64,000 bases of DNA, from positions 8,494,001-8,558,000 of the forward strand of contig CATNEN010000025.1 in assembly GCA_950097015.1 (NCBI GenBank), in the 5' to 3' direction. Numbering within the stretch: position 1 is the first letter of the stretch; each line of letters opens with the position of its first letter. The notes below the pieces were generated by a model. The model did not search any database. It was not told the origin of the DNA and saw nothing but the letters and a program-made list of their open reading frames with translations. The DNA is from Macrostomum hystrix. Its lineage: Eukaryota > Animalia > Platyhelminthes. Positions 1-11,570 of the stretch are shown in pieces. The position numbers and the translations under genes are program-made.

Positions 1-600
1 GTCGCAAAAGTAGACAGTTAGAAAAAGGTAGTCTGAAAAGTAGACAGTTAGAAAAAGGTAGTCTGAAAAGTAGACAGTTAGAAAAAAGTAGTCGGAAAAG
101 TAGACAGTTAGACAAAGGTAGTCTGAAAAGTAGACAGTTAGAAAAAGGTAGTCTGAAAAGTAGACAGTTAGACAAAGGTAGTCTGAAAAGTAGACAGTTA
201 GAAAAAGGTAGTCTGAAAAGTAGACAGTTAGAAAAGGGTAGTCTGAAAAGTAGACACTTAGAAAAAGGTAGTCTGAAAAGTAGACAGTTATAAAAAGGTA
301 GTCTGAAAAGTAGACAGTTAGACAAAGGTAGTCGGAAAAGTAGACAGTTAGAAAAAGGTAGTCTGAAAAGTAGACAGTTACAAAAAGGTAGTCGGAAAAG
401 TAGACAGTTAGAAAAAAGTAGTCTGAAAAGTAGACAGTTACAAAAAGGTAGTCGGAAAAGTAGGTAGTTAGAAAAAGGTAGTCGGAATGGTAGGCTGTTG
501 AAAAAAGCATTCAGCAAGGTAGACAGTTTAAAATGGTAGGCGGATAGGTAGGCAGTTAAAAGAAGGTAGTCGGGAAAGGTAGGCAGTTGAAAGAAGGCAG
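1..600. repeat. 30-bp minisatellite (GTAGTCTGAAAAGTAGACAGTTAGAAAAAG), in the SLC6 intron upstream of the 661 exon
   Basis: Period 30 is visible (alternate 60-nt lines are nearly identical). About 16 clean copies, then decay from ~480 to 600. Confidence 0.95.
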
Positions 601-660
601 TCGGAAAGGTAGAACAGAAGCCATTGAGTTCATCAGACTCTCCCACTTGTACCCCGGCAG

Positions 661-945
661 GCCCTGGCCTGGTGTTCGTGGCCTACCCGGAGGCGATCGC
701 TCAGATGCCGGTGGCTCCTCTGTGGGCAATTCTATTCTTCCTCATGCTGATCACCATCGGTTTGGACTCTCAGTTTGGAATGTTTGAGACGATGACGTCA
801 TCGTTTGTGGACGAGTTTCCCCGGTATCTGCGCAAGTACAAGACGCCGTTTGTTGGCCTGATGTGCCTGCTGGAGTTCCTGCTGGGCCTGCCGCTAATCA
901 CGCGGGGTGGAATCTATATATTCACCATATTCGACTGGTTCATCG
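661..945 (+). CDS. SLC6 Na+/Cl- dependent transporter, internal exon (EL4, TM8, TM9, start of TM10); the gene starts left of the window
   Basis: Translation GPGLVFVAYPEAIAQMPVAPLWAILFFLMLITIGLDSQFG... is the SLC6 signature. Acceptor GGCAG|660 and donor G|GTGCGT at 946, both phase 1. Confidence 0.93.
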
Positions 946-956
946 GTGCGTGCTCC

Positions 957-1385
957 ATGTACTCAAACTCGAATCCCATGTACTCAAACTCGAATTCTAT
1001 GTTCTCAAACTCAAATTCTATGTTCTCAAACTCGAATCCCATGAATTCAAACTCGAATTCCATGAATTCAAACTCGAATCCCATGTACTCAAACTCGAAT
1101 CCTATGTTCTCAAACTCGAATCCATGTTCTCAAACTCAAATTCTATGTTCTCAAACTCGAATCCCATGAATTCAAACTCGAATTCCATGAATTCAAACTC
1201 GAATCCTAAATACTCAAACTCGAATCCCATGTTCTTAAACTCAAATCCCATATTCTCAAACTCGAATCCCATGTTCTTAAACTCAAATCCCATATTCTCA
1301 AACTCGAATCCCATGTTCTCAAACTCGAGTCCTGTGTTCTCAAACTCGAATCCCATGAATTCAAACTAGAATCCTATGTTCTGAA
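957..1385. repeat. 21-bp minisatellite (TCAAACTCGAATCCCATGTTC) in SLC6 intron
   Basis: About 20 imperfect copies. Source of the spurious (NSNPMFS)n ORFs. Confidence 0.93.
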
Positions 1386-1549
1386 ACAGTTGACGACACA
1401 ACTTCAGTGGCACGAATCAAAAAAAAATTTTTTTTTAGAACATTTTCATCAGAATTCGGTATAATTGAGTTCCTTCTACTCTACTCTACTTATAGTAGAA
1501 CAGTCAGAAAATACGAGTAGCTACAAATTTGTACCTAATATTTGCGCAG

Positions 1550-1857
1550 GCACGTTCGCATTGTGCATCATCGCCCTATTCGAGCTGATTGTGATCTGCT
1601 ACGTGTACGGCATCCACCGGTTCAGGGCCGACATCGAGCTGATGCTGGGCTACAAGCCCGGCCACTACTGGACGGTGATGTGGTGCGGCGTGACGCCACT
1701 GGCTCTGGTTCTGATTTTAATCTCCATCGCCATCAACTTCACCAATCCCGTGCTTGAGAACTACAAGTTCCCATTGGGCTCAATTATATTCGGCTGGCTG
1801 ATTGGCTCCATCAGCATCTTGGTTATTCCCATTGTGGCCATCTACAGGATTCACAAG
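1550..1857 (+). CDS. SLC6 transporter, internal exon (TM10-TM12)
   Basis: Acceptor TTTGCGCAG|1550 (phase 1, matches the previous donor). Translation GTFALCIIALFELIVICYVYGIHRFRADIELMLG...GWLIG. Donor AAG|GTAGGC at 1858, phase 0. Confidence 0.92.
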
Positions 1858-2065
1858 GTAGGCGAGATTGGGACATTGGGTTAATGACAGGGAGACAGAC
1901 TGCAGGGATTCGGATTAGGGATTAGGAAAACACGCTTGACTTAATTATTTTTGGGAATTTCAAAGGAAATTTTAGGCGAGGTTGTTAGTGACACTATAAA
2001 GTACATTGTCTGGAATAATTTGAAAGAGATTGTACAAGTTAAATGATACGTTGATTGTCAGGGAC

Positions 2066-3530
2066 TGTGAAGGCTATTGTGAAGGCTATTGTGAAGGCTA
2101 TCGTGAAGGCTATTGTGAAGGCTATTGTGAAGGCTATTGTGAAGGCTATTGTGAAGGCTATCGTGAAGGCTATTGTGAAGGCTATTGTGAAGGCTATTGT
2201 GAAGGCTATTGTGAAGGCTATTGTGAAGGCTATTGTGAAGGCTATTGTGAAGGCTATTGTGAAGGCTATTGTGAAGGCTATTGTGAAGGCTATTGTGAAG
2301 GCTATTGTGAAAGCTATTGTGAAGGCTATTGTGAAGGCTATTGTGAAGGCTATTGTGAAGACTATTGGGAAGGCTATTGTGAAGGCTATTGTGAAGGCTA
2401 TTGTGAAGGCTATTGTGAAGGCTATTGTGAAGGCTATTGTGAAGGCTATTGTGAAGGCTATTGTGAAGGCTATTGTGAAGGCTATTGTGAAGGCTATTGT
2501 GAAGGCTATTGTGAAGGCTATTGTGAAGGCTATTGTGAAGGCTATTGTGAAGGCTATTGTGAAAGCTATTGTGAAGGCTATTGTGAAGGCTATTGTGAAG
2601 GCTATTGTGAAGGCTATTGTGAAGGCTATTGTGAAAGCTATTGTGAAGGCTATTGTGAAGGCTATTGTGAAGGCTATTGTGAAGGCTATTGTGAAGGCTA
2701 TTGTGAAGGCTATCGTGAAGGCTATTGTGAAGGCTATTGTGAAGGCTATTGTGAAGGCTATTGTGAAGGCTATTGTGAAGGCTATTGTGAAGGCTATTGT
2801 GAAGGCTATTGTGAAGGCTATTGTGAAGGCTATTGTGAAGGCTATTGTGAAGGCTATTGTGAAGGCTATTGTGAAGGCTATTGTGAAGGCTATTGTGAAG
2901 GCTATTGTGAAGGCTATTGTGAAGGCTATTGTGAAGGCTATTGTGAAGGCTATCGTGAAGGCTATTGTGAAGGCTATTGTGAAGGCTATTGTGAAGGCTA
3001 TTGTGAAGGCTATTGTGAAGGCTATTGTGAAGGCTATTGTGAAGGCTATTGTGAAGGCTATTGTGAAGGCTATTGTGAAGGCTATTGTGAAGGCTATTGT
3101 GAAGGCTATTGTGAAGGCTATTGTGAAGGCTATTGTGAAGGATATTGTGAAGGCTATTGTGAAGGCTATTGTGAAGGCTATTGTGAAGGCTATTGTGAAG
3201 GCTATTGTGAAGGCTATTGTGAAGGCTATTGTGAAGGCTATTGTGAAGGCTATTGTGAAGGCTATCGTGAAGGCTATTGTGAAGGCTATTGTGAAGGCTA
3301 TTGTGAAGGCTATTGTGAAGGCTATTGTGAAGGCTATTGTGAAGGCTATTGTGAAGGCTATTGTGAAGGCTATTGTGAAGGCTATTGTGAAGGCTATTGT
3401 GAAGGCTATTGTGAAGGCTATTGTGAAGGCTATTGTGAAGGCTATTGTGAAGGCTATTGTGAAGGATATTGTGAAGGCTATTGTGAAGGCTATTGTGAAG
3501 GCTATTGTGAAGGCTATTGTGAAGGATATT
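2066..3530. repeat. 12-bp minisatellite (GAAGGCTATTGT)n, about 122 copies, in the last SLC6 intron
   Basis: Near-perfect period 12 with rare single-base variants. Confidence 0.97.
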
Positions 3531-3735
3531 GGGAATGGATATTGCGAAGGATAATGTCAGAAATATTGCAAGGGAGATATCGAAGGAGATTGTGAGGGGA
3601 ATGTGCAGAGAATATTTTTGAGAGCACATTGAAAGTAGATTTGTAGACATATTTAGCATGAGAAAGCGTGAGTTACGCCCTGTGATATTTCACGCCAAAG
3701 TATACATTAACATGTGATTTATCTCCGGCACCCAG

Positions 3736-3945
3736 GTGGGCAAGGGCAGCCTGCTGGAGCGAGTTCGCTACCTGCTGAGGCCCAGCACAGACTGGGGCCC
3801 GCCGAAGGACACGCTGTACAACATGCGCATGGGCAAGCTGGACTCCATCTCCACATCGCAGGCCCAACCGATGCTACCAATCTATCCGGGCAGCTGCACC
3901 TCAGGCGCATCCGATGTCATTGTGAAAGACCCCATTGTTGACTGA
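3736..3945 (+). CDS. SLC6 transporter, last coding exon (cytoplasmic C-tail)
   Basis: Acceptor CACCCAG|3736, phase 0. VGKGSLLERVRYLLRPSTDWGP matches the SLC6 C-terminal 'L.P...WGP' pattern. Stop TGA at 3943-3945. Confidence 0.88.
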   Translation: MGKGSLLERVRYLLRPSTDWGPPKDTLYNMRMGKLDSISTSQAQPMLPIYPGSCTSGASDVIVKDPIVD

Positions 3946-4091
3946 GTGCTGTTTTTTTTGTTTTTTTTGCATCAGTATCTCTCAATTTTCTGCCACGTTC
4001 TGTTGATAGCCTTTTTAGTCAATCATGTGTGTCTGTGCGTGATTCGCCAGTATTGCATTAGGTTATCTAACACTGGAACTAAAAGAAAAAT

Positions 4092-4580
4092 CCTAGAAAA
4101 GCGGGTAGGTTCTAAGGCTCGGACTTTCTCACTCGGGATTTCCGCTGGAGGAGGAGTTCACCCCGTGAGCCTTTGAGGATCTATTTTTAGCTTTTATCCT
4201 GGTGCAAAATCCCAGAAAAGCGGGTAGGTTCTAAGGCTCGGACTTTCTCACTCGGGATTTCCGCTGGAGGAGGAGTTCACCCAGTGAGCCTTTGAGGATC
4301 TATTTTTAGCTTTTATCCTGGTGCAAAATCCCAGAAAAGCGGGTAGGTTCTAAGGCTCGGACTTTCTCACTCGGGATTTCCGCTGGAGGATGAGTTCACC
4401 CAGTGAGCCTTTGAGAATCTATTTTTAGCTTTTATCCTGGTGCAAAATCCTAGAAAAGCGGGTAGGTTCTAAGGCTCGGACTTTCTCACTCGGGATTTCC
4501 GCTGGAGGAGGAGTTCACCCAGTGAGCCTTTGAGAATCTATTTTTAGCTTTTCCATGTTACAAACTCTTAGAAAAGCGGG
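4092..4580 (+). repeat. 119-bp tandem repeat, about 4 copies; each unit is a long imperfect inverted repeat
   Basis: GCGGGTA anchors at 4101, 4220, 4339, 4458 and 4576. Arm pairing is described under findings. Confidence 0.92.
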
Positions 4581-5126
4581 TAAATTCTATGTACTTTAAC
4601 AACTGTTTTCACTTAAACTTTTTTGTTTTGCTCTGTCTAGTTATTTTTTTTCTTGCTCGTCTGCGCTGCAGTAAAAACAGAAAATGATAAACTGCTACTT
4701 GCCCACTGTCCTTTTATGTTTCTTTGCTTTGTAGTTTTTGTTGTTTATGTCTGCTAAATAATTTTGTTTGTCTTCAGCTATCACTCTGTCCTGATCGATG
4801 AAAAGGGCTGAATGCGTTTTAAATTACATTTTATTCTAATTTATCTTCAATCGAGTCTAATTTTTACCTATTCCTTTTAAGTGTATTAATTATTTTGCTA
4901 ACAAATTAACAAGTTCTGTTTGCTGTACTGAAAAAATCTTTCAATCACATATGCTCACACGCAGTAGTTAAGATAATCAATATCATTTTACAGCTAATTG
5001 GTGTTTCAAGGCTGTTTTTTTCTGTCAGCTAGCTTGGACCACTATTTTGTTAGTTTTCTTATAGCTGCGAAAATTCCAGAAATAATAAAAAACTTTTGTT
5101 CTCTCTGCTTTAACAAAAATATTCGT

Positions 5127-5823
5127 AGACCTAATCTGAATTCACCCACCGCACACACAACAGACAAAGACCTAATCTGAATTCACCCACCGCACACACA
5201 ACAGACAAAGACCTAATCTGAATTCACCCACCGCACACACAACAGACAAAGACCTAATCTGAATTCACCCACCGCACACACAACAGACAAAGACCTAATC
5301 TGAATTCACCCACCGCACACACAACAGACAAAGACCTAATCTGAATTCACCCACCGCACACACAACAGACAAAGACCTAATCTGAATTCACCCACCGCAC
5401 ACACAACAGACAAAGACCTAATCTGAATTCACCCACCGCACACACAACAGACAAAGACCTAATCTGAATTCACCCACCGCACACACAACAGACAAAGACC
5501 TAATCTGAATTCACCCACCGCACACACAACAGACAAAGACCTAATCTGAATTCACCCACCGCACACACAACAGACAAAGACCTAATCTGAATTCACCCAC
5601 CGCACACACAACAGACAAAGACCTAATCTGAATTCACCCACCGCACACACAACAGACAAAGACCTAATCTGAATTCACCCACCGCACACACAACAGACAA
5701 AGACCTAATCTGAATTCACCCACCGCACACACAACAGACAAAGACCTAATCTGAATTCACCCACCGCACACACAACAGACAAAGACCTAATCTGAATTCA
5801 CCCACCGCACACACAACAGACAA
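5127..5823. repeat. 41-bp tandem repeat, 17 identical copies
   Basis: Unit AGACCTAATCTGAATTCACCCACCGCACACACAACAGACAA; 697 bp / 41 = 17. Confidence 0.95.
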
Positions 5824-5967
5824 CTCAGCACAGCACCGCATGTCACAGCTGCTGTTGTTCCATTGAGAAATGCTTTAAATAAAAAATATATATAGATGAA
5901 TTAAAGCAAAATAACTGTTTTCTTTCCTGATAAATACCTCTGCTTTCCTTTCTGATTGATGTGGGTA

Positions 5968-6420
5968 ACGGTCGATAGATCTGGAATGACAGTCGATAGA
6001 TCTGGAATGACAGTCGATAGATCTGGAATGACAGTCGATAGATCTGGAATGACAGTCGATAGATCTGGAATGGCAGTCGATAGATCTGGAATGGCAGTCG
6101 ATAGATCTGGAATGGTAATCGATAGATCTGGAATGACAGTCGATAGATCTGGAATGACAGTCGATAGATCTGGAATGACAGTCGATAGATCTGGAATGGC
6201 AGTCGATAGATCTGGAATGACAGTCGATAGATCTGGAATGGCAGTCGATAGATCTGGAATGACAGTCGATAGATCTGGAATGGTAATCGATAGATCTGGA
6301 ATGACAGTTGATAGATCTGGAATGGCAGTCGATAGATCTGGAATGACAGTCGATAGATCTGGAATGGCAGTCGATAGATCTGGAATGGTAATCGATAGGC
6401 ATTTGTTAAAAGTCGATAGA
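5968..6420. repeat. 21-bp minisatellite (TCGATAGATCTGGAATGACAG)
   Basis: About 21 copies; gives the (TVDRSGM)n pseudo-ORF. Confidence 0.93.
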
Positions 6421-7034
6421 TAAAGAATGAAAATCTATTGACATTAGTTAAATGTCGATAGATGTGTAAGAAAATTCGTTTATTCGTTTATTCGGAGGGG
6501 ATTCGAGCTCGGGACCTCCTTACGAGAGTTATTAGCGTTGGCGCTCCGAGTTTAAAAAAAAGAAACAAAATATTGAATGAGAATTCGTTTTTTAGAAATT
6601 TAAGATTTCTGAAAAGCTCTCTGCTTTTTTCGAAGTGACTTTTTATTAGAAATAATTTAACTTTTATATCATATCCAAAGAACAAGAATAGATAGCATAT
6701 CTACGTGATAAAAATGGAATCTGTATGAAAGTACTATCGAATAGAGTTAAAATTAAAAATATTTATTTTTTTTCCAATCTACAATTAAGAAGCAAGCAAA
6801 AATAAATAAATAAATATATTATTGGTGCGTTTATTGTCAATTTTACATTAGGCGCAGTGAATTGTAATGCAGTAATAGCGAAATCTTGCAAACTTAACTT
6901 TCTTTACAAAAATTATTTTCAAGTCCACAGTGTTACAAAGGCATTCACACAAGGCTGTAAACTTATGGCATTTTAAATAAGCAGTTATGTAGTTTAGTTT
7001 GCGGCTACCACAAATATATAATAGGATTATTTTG

Positions 7035-7350
7035 ATGGGTAATATCTAATAGATCTGTGGGGTAATATCTGATAGATCTGTTGGGTAATATCTGATAGAT
7101 CTGTGGGGTAATATCTGATAGATCTGTTGGGTAATATCTGATAGATCTGTGGGTAATATCTGATTGATCTTTGGGTAATATCTGATAGATCTGTTGGGTA
7201 ATATCTGATAGATCTGTGGATAATACCTGATAGATCTGTGGGTAATATCTGATTGATCTGTTGGGTAATATCTGATAGATCTGTGGGTAATATCTGATAG
7301 ATCTGTTGGGTAATAACTGAGAGATCTGTGGTGTTATATCTAATCTGTGG
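7035..7350. repeat. 23-24-bp minisatellite (GGTAATATCTGATAGATCTGT[T/G]G)
   Basis: About 13 imperfect copies. Confidence 0.88.
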
Positions 7351-8011
7351 GTAGCATCTAAAAGGGAAGATTAGACATTGAGGCCATACTCCTGTAATCT
7401 CGTGTTCTGTATTACGTAACTCAGACGATACGAGCTTAAAATTCGCACAAAAAATGTCGATAAAAACTTTAAGCTGTGGATCAGCTCAAATCATGAGCAC
7501 ACCTTAATCAGATAAGCGTGTGCAGTGAACCAGGAAAATGAATTACTATAAAATGTTGATTATTGCGTTACTATAAACTAACGATATTTTACCGGTCGTA
7601 GTCAGTCAATAAGAATGAAAAGGTTAGAAAATCAAGTTACTAGCATGGATGAAATGAAATTACACAAATATTCTAGATCAGAAAATATTTTGTTATTTGT
7701 GCTCAGGACGGAGTGCAAAATGTTTACAAAGATGGGAGATGTGAGGTTAGAGTGCGCGCAATGTAAATTGTACAGTTATTCTGTAGTTTACTCTTTATCA
7801 AACTCAACCTAGTTTTCAATAACTTAGCCGATATGTATCGAAAAAAAACTCCTAAAAATTACCCACGCGAGTTGCTCAGGCTTAAAATCCATTTGAGAAA
7901 TCGACTTTGAGAATGCACTCAAAATCAGGATGGAAGAACTAGTATTATAAACGTTTTAGGATTATGTATAATCAGGCAAACTGACAGTTGTTGTCAGGAG
8001 TTCTGCTCAAG

Positions 8012-8721
8012 CTAGACAAACTGCTCCTTCTCAGTCTCCGACTCCGCATCAGAATCGTACTCTTCGGCCTTTGAAATGATGGGCACCTTGGCCGCGTCCG
8101 CCGCTGTCAGATCCATGATTGACAGCTTGTTACTCCCGCCATTCAGGCCGCTGTGGTTACTAAGCGACAAGAGGCTTCCGGACGCGTTCGTGCCGTTCAA
8201 GGTGGCGACAGGCGGCGGAGGCGGAGGCGGCGGTGGCGGCGGCGGCAGCAAAGGCGGCGCCGGCGCCGTGATCGTCTCGCTGACGTCGGCAGTTGCATTG
8301 TCGCACCCGGACAGCACCGTGGCCGCCGTCGTGATGACGACCGTCTCGGTGACTGCGGCTGCCGCGGCTCCTGATTCGACGCCGGCAGCGGCGGGTGTGC
8401 TGACAATTTGGACTGACGCAGTCACGTCTATCGGCGCGCTGGTGATGGCCGACGGCACAGCGGCGGGCCGGTTCTTCTTGATGAGGCCGTTCAGCATCTT
8501 GTCGTCAGCGGCTGCTTTGCTCTCGTAGCTGCGCTGTTGAATGTACTTTTTGTTGCCGCCCTGGCCGTAGCGACCGCCGCCCTGGCTGACTGCACTGCTG
8601 TTCAAATCCTTGGTCATGATCTTCAGGTACTTGTTTTCCTTCATCTGGTTCTGCATGTACTTGTAATAGGTGTTGAAATTGTTGCCAATGATTGGGATGG
8701 CCAGGCCGGTCACAATACAGC
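8012..8721 (-). CDS. Shaw: Shaw/Kv3-family voltage-gated K+ channel, exon 3 (end of S6 plus low-complexity C-tail)
   Basis: Acceptor TTTTTGCAG|8721 (minus strand), phase 1. Translation GCIVTGLAIPIIGNNFNTYY. Stop TAG at 8012-8014. Exons 468+751+710 = 1929 nt = 642 aa plus stop. Confidence 0.9.
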
Positions 8722-9589
8722 CTGCAAAAAAGTGAATTACTTCATTTTATCATTTAGCTTCATTGATGACTACTTACATCTCTACGTGCAGTAGTGCGTA
8801 TAGCACTTTTCTATTTTAAGCACCAACAATACGTTGCCTTCAGTAAAAAAAGTACATTTTTGGCTTTCGAAAACAGCTAAAGGCGAAAATAACGATTAAG
8901 ACGAGAGTTTAACAGTAGAACTACCAATCCCCCCTGACAATGTTTTTGTGCTGCACCCGAACGGAGCAATGCAAGCACACGAAACTCAAGAACACGGGCC
9001 AAATTTTTGTTGCGCATCTTCTGAAACAAGAATCAAGTTGCCAGCTCTTCAGACCGTCGAGATATTCAATGTTTCTGGCCGAAGGTCCGATTTTTCCATT
9101 AGCGCTACTGCATGTACTTCATGCACACCTATACACGAATTAGCACTGCGCCTCAGTGCGGCCTTGCCAGGCCTTCAAAATTTATCAGCATGTCACCCGA
9201 ATGTGCCTGCATCATCTCCGTCTTCGGTGGTCACCTAACTTTATCTAGACGGACTGCTGGACCTTCAAGGGCTACAACAGTTGGAACTAGGCCACTATGG
9301 ACACTATGACGCGAATTTCTCCAATTTCACAGATCAAGCCTAAATATTAGGCGCAGCTCAACCACAGGACACCATCGCCTAGTCTGCCAACCAGCCAGTC
9401 ACCACCCAACGCTGTTAGCATTCAGGCGCTGCCAAAAAAATTTACAGGGGGATGTGAATTCCCCCCTTGGTTTAAAAACGGGTGGCAAAATGGCTTGATA
9501 GTCCTACTGTTAGTGACTAGATCACGTATTCTGATATCTGAATCACGAAAAAAAGAAATGAAAAACAAGATTATGATAGGAATATGAGG

Positions 9590-9918
9590 CAATGGAAGAT
9601 GGGAAATGGAAGATGGGAAATGGAAGATGGGAAATGGAAGATGGGAAATCGAGGACGGGAAATGGAAGATGGGAAATGGAGAACGGGAAATGGAAGATGG
9701 GAAATGGAGGATGGGAAATGGAGAACGGGAAATGGAAGATGGGAAATGGAGAACGGGAAATGGAAGATGGGAAATGGAGGATGGGAAATGGAGAACGGGA
9801 AATGGAAGATGGGAAATGGAGGATGGGAAATGGAAGATGGGAAATGGAGGATGGGAAATGGAGGATGGGAAATGGAAGATGGGAAATGGAAGATGGGAAA
9901 TGGAAGATGGGAAATGGA
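9590..9918. repeat. 14-bp purine-rich minisatellite (GGAAATGGAAGATG) in Kv intron 2
   Basis: About 23 copies. Confidence 0.92.
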
Positions 9919-10659
9919 ATACGAAGTAATATTTAATTCGAGATGATAGTAACGATACAGGTAATACGAAGAAGAGCATAACTAAAGAAAGGTTATCTGA
10001 GTGACATCTAGACTTAGAATCTAGATGAAGTGTTAGACTATAAAATCCCAGAATCGAATTGCAATCTTTTGAATAAAAAAAAATGTAAATTTCCTTGTTG
10101 CTTCTGACGTTACTGGCCCTGTCAGGTTTCGGAGAGTGCGCCAGTTTAACAAATCTTGAGAAGGACAGACGGATGAAGAGGTGGGGAGTAGGACCGGTAC
10201 CTCCCCTCCTTATCCCCTCGCTTTGCTTTTGCCCCACACTGGCAGGCCCGTGTGTGCCCAAGATAATTCAATTTTTTGTTAAGCTGGGACTCTATATGCA
10301 TTCTTGTATAAGGCACGCCTAGGGGGGGGTACACTAACTCAACTAAACTTTGGATTCGGTTAGGTAGATATAGGCCAGAGGGAGATGGGACACTGGGCAC
10401 TGCTTGCCAGTATAAGGCAATCTGATTTTCACGAACTCGTGTTGGTCCATGTTGGGTGGACTGTTACAAATCTTTTAGACTCGGCCTGGCTGGCCTTGTC
10501 TAGGCTAAGAAATTCGCTTAGTTACTTACAGAACTCGGCTTGCGCGAATCATGAAGATATTGGAGTGCCAGCTAAGGCGTAATGGGATGCCAGGACGAAT
10601 CCCTTGGCTGTTCGATAATGGGACAACGAGAGAGGGATGGGAGAGGAGGAGAGAGGAGG

Positions 10660-11570
10660 ACAGGGAAAAGAAGGGAAAGAAGACAGGGAGAACAAAGGAG
10701 AGAAGACAGGGAGAACAAAGGAGAGAAGACAGGGAGAAGACAGGGAGAACAAAGGAGAGAAGACAGGGAGAAGACAGGGAGAACAAAGGAGAGAAGACAG
10801 GGAGAAGACAGGGAGAACAAAGGAGAGAAGACAGGGAGAAGACAGGGAGAACAAAGGAGAGAAGACAGGGAGAAGACAGGGAGAACAAAGGAGAGAAGAC
10901 AGGGAGAAGAAGAGCGAGAAGACAGGGAGAAGACAGGGAGAACAAAGGAGAGAAGACAGGGAGAAGACAGGGAGAAGACAGGGAGAACAAAGGAGAGAAG
11001 ACAGGGAGAAGACAGGGAGAAGACAGGGAGAACAAAGGAGAGAAGACAGGGAGAAGAAGAGCGAGAAGACAGGGAGAAGACAGGGAGAACAAAGGAGAGA
11101 AGACAGGGAGAAGACAGGGAGAAGACAGGGAGAACAAAGGAGAGAAGACAGGGAGAAGACAGGGAGAAGACAGGGAGAACAAAGGAGAGAAGACAGGGAG
11201 AAGACAGGGAGAAGACAGGGAGAACAAAGGAGAGAAGACAGGGAGAAGAAGAGCGAGAAGACAGGGAGAAGACAAGGAGAACAAAGGAGAGAAGACAGGG
11301 AGAAGACAGGGAGAAGACAGGGAGAAAAAAGGAGAGAAGACAGGGAGAAGAAGAGCGAGAAGACAGGGAGAAGACAAGGAGAACAAAGGAGAGAAGACAG
11401 GGAGAACAAAGGAGAGAAGACAGGGAGAACAAAGGAGAGAAGACAGGGAGAACAAAGGAGAGAAGACAGGGAGAACAAAGGAGAGAAGATAGGGAGAAGA
11501 CAGGGAGAAGAAAGAAGAAAGAAGAGAAGACAGAAGAGAAGATAGCGGAGAAGACAGGGGAGAAAAATAG
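10660..11570. repeat. Purine-rich mosaic array of 11-12-nt words (GACAGGGAGAA, CAAAGGAGAGAA, GAAGAGCGAGAA) in Kv intron 2
   Basis: Almost no T on the + strand, so it gives long ORFs in all six frames. Confidence 0.92.

Noticed and set aside
2030-3659. Long ORFs (YCEG)n, (AIVK)n and (SLHN)n as a metallothionein-like or structural protein
   Set aside because: They are translations of a 12-bp array lying between two phase-matched SLC6 exons. The unit lacks stops in those frames by chance, and the starts are non-ATG or not credible.
6490-6550. tRNA gene on the minus strand (GAGCTCGAATCCC B-box-like)
   Set aside because: No cloverleaf can be drawn. At most a decayed SINE head.
8076-8794. Plus-strand ORFs opposite Kv exon 3 (likewise 14082-14469, 28782-29348, 49829-50240 and 50786-51054)
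   Set aside because: Antisense or off-frame shadows of GC-rich exons, with no recognisable protein.
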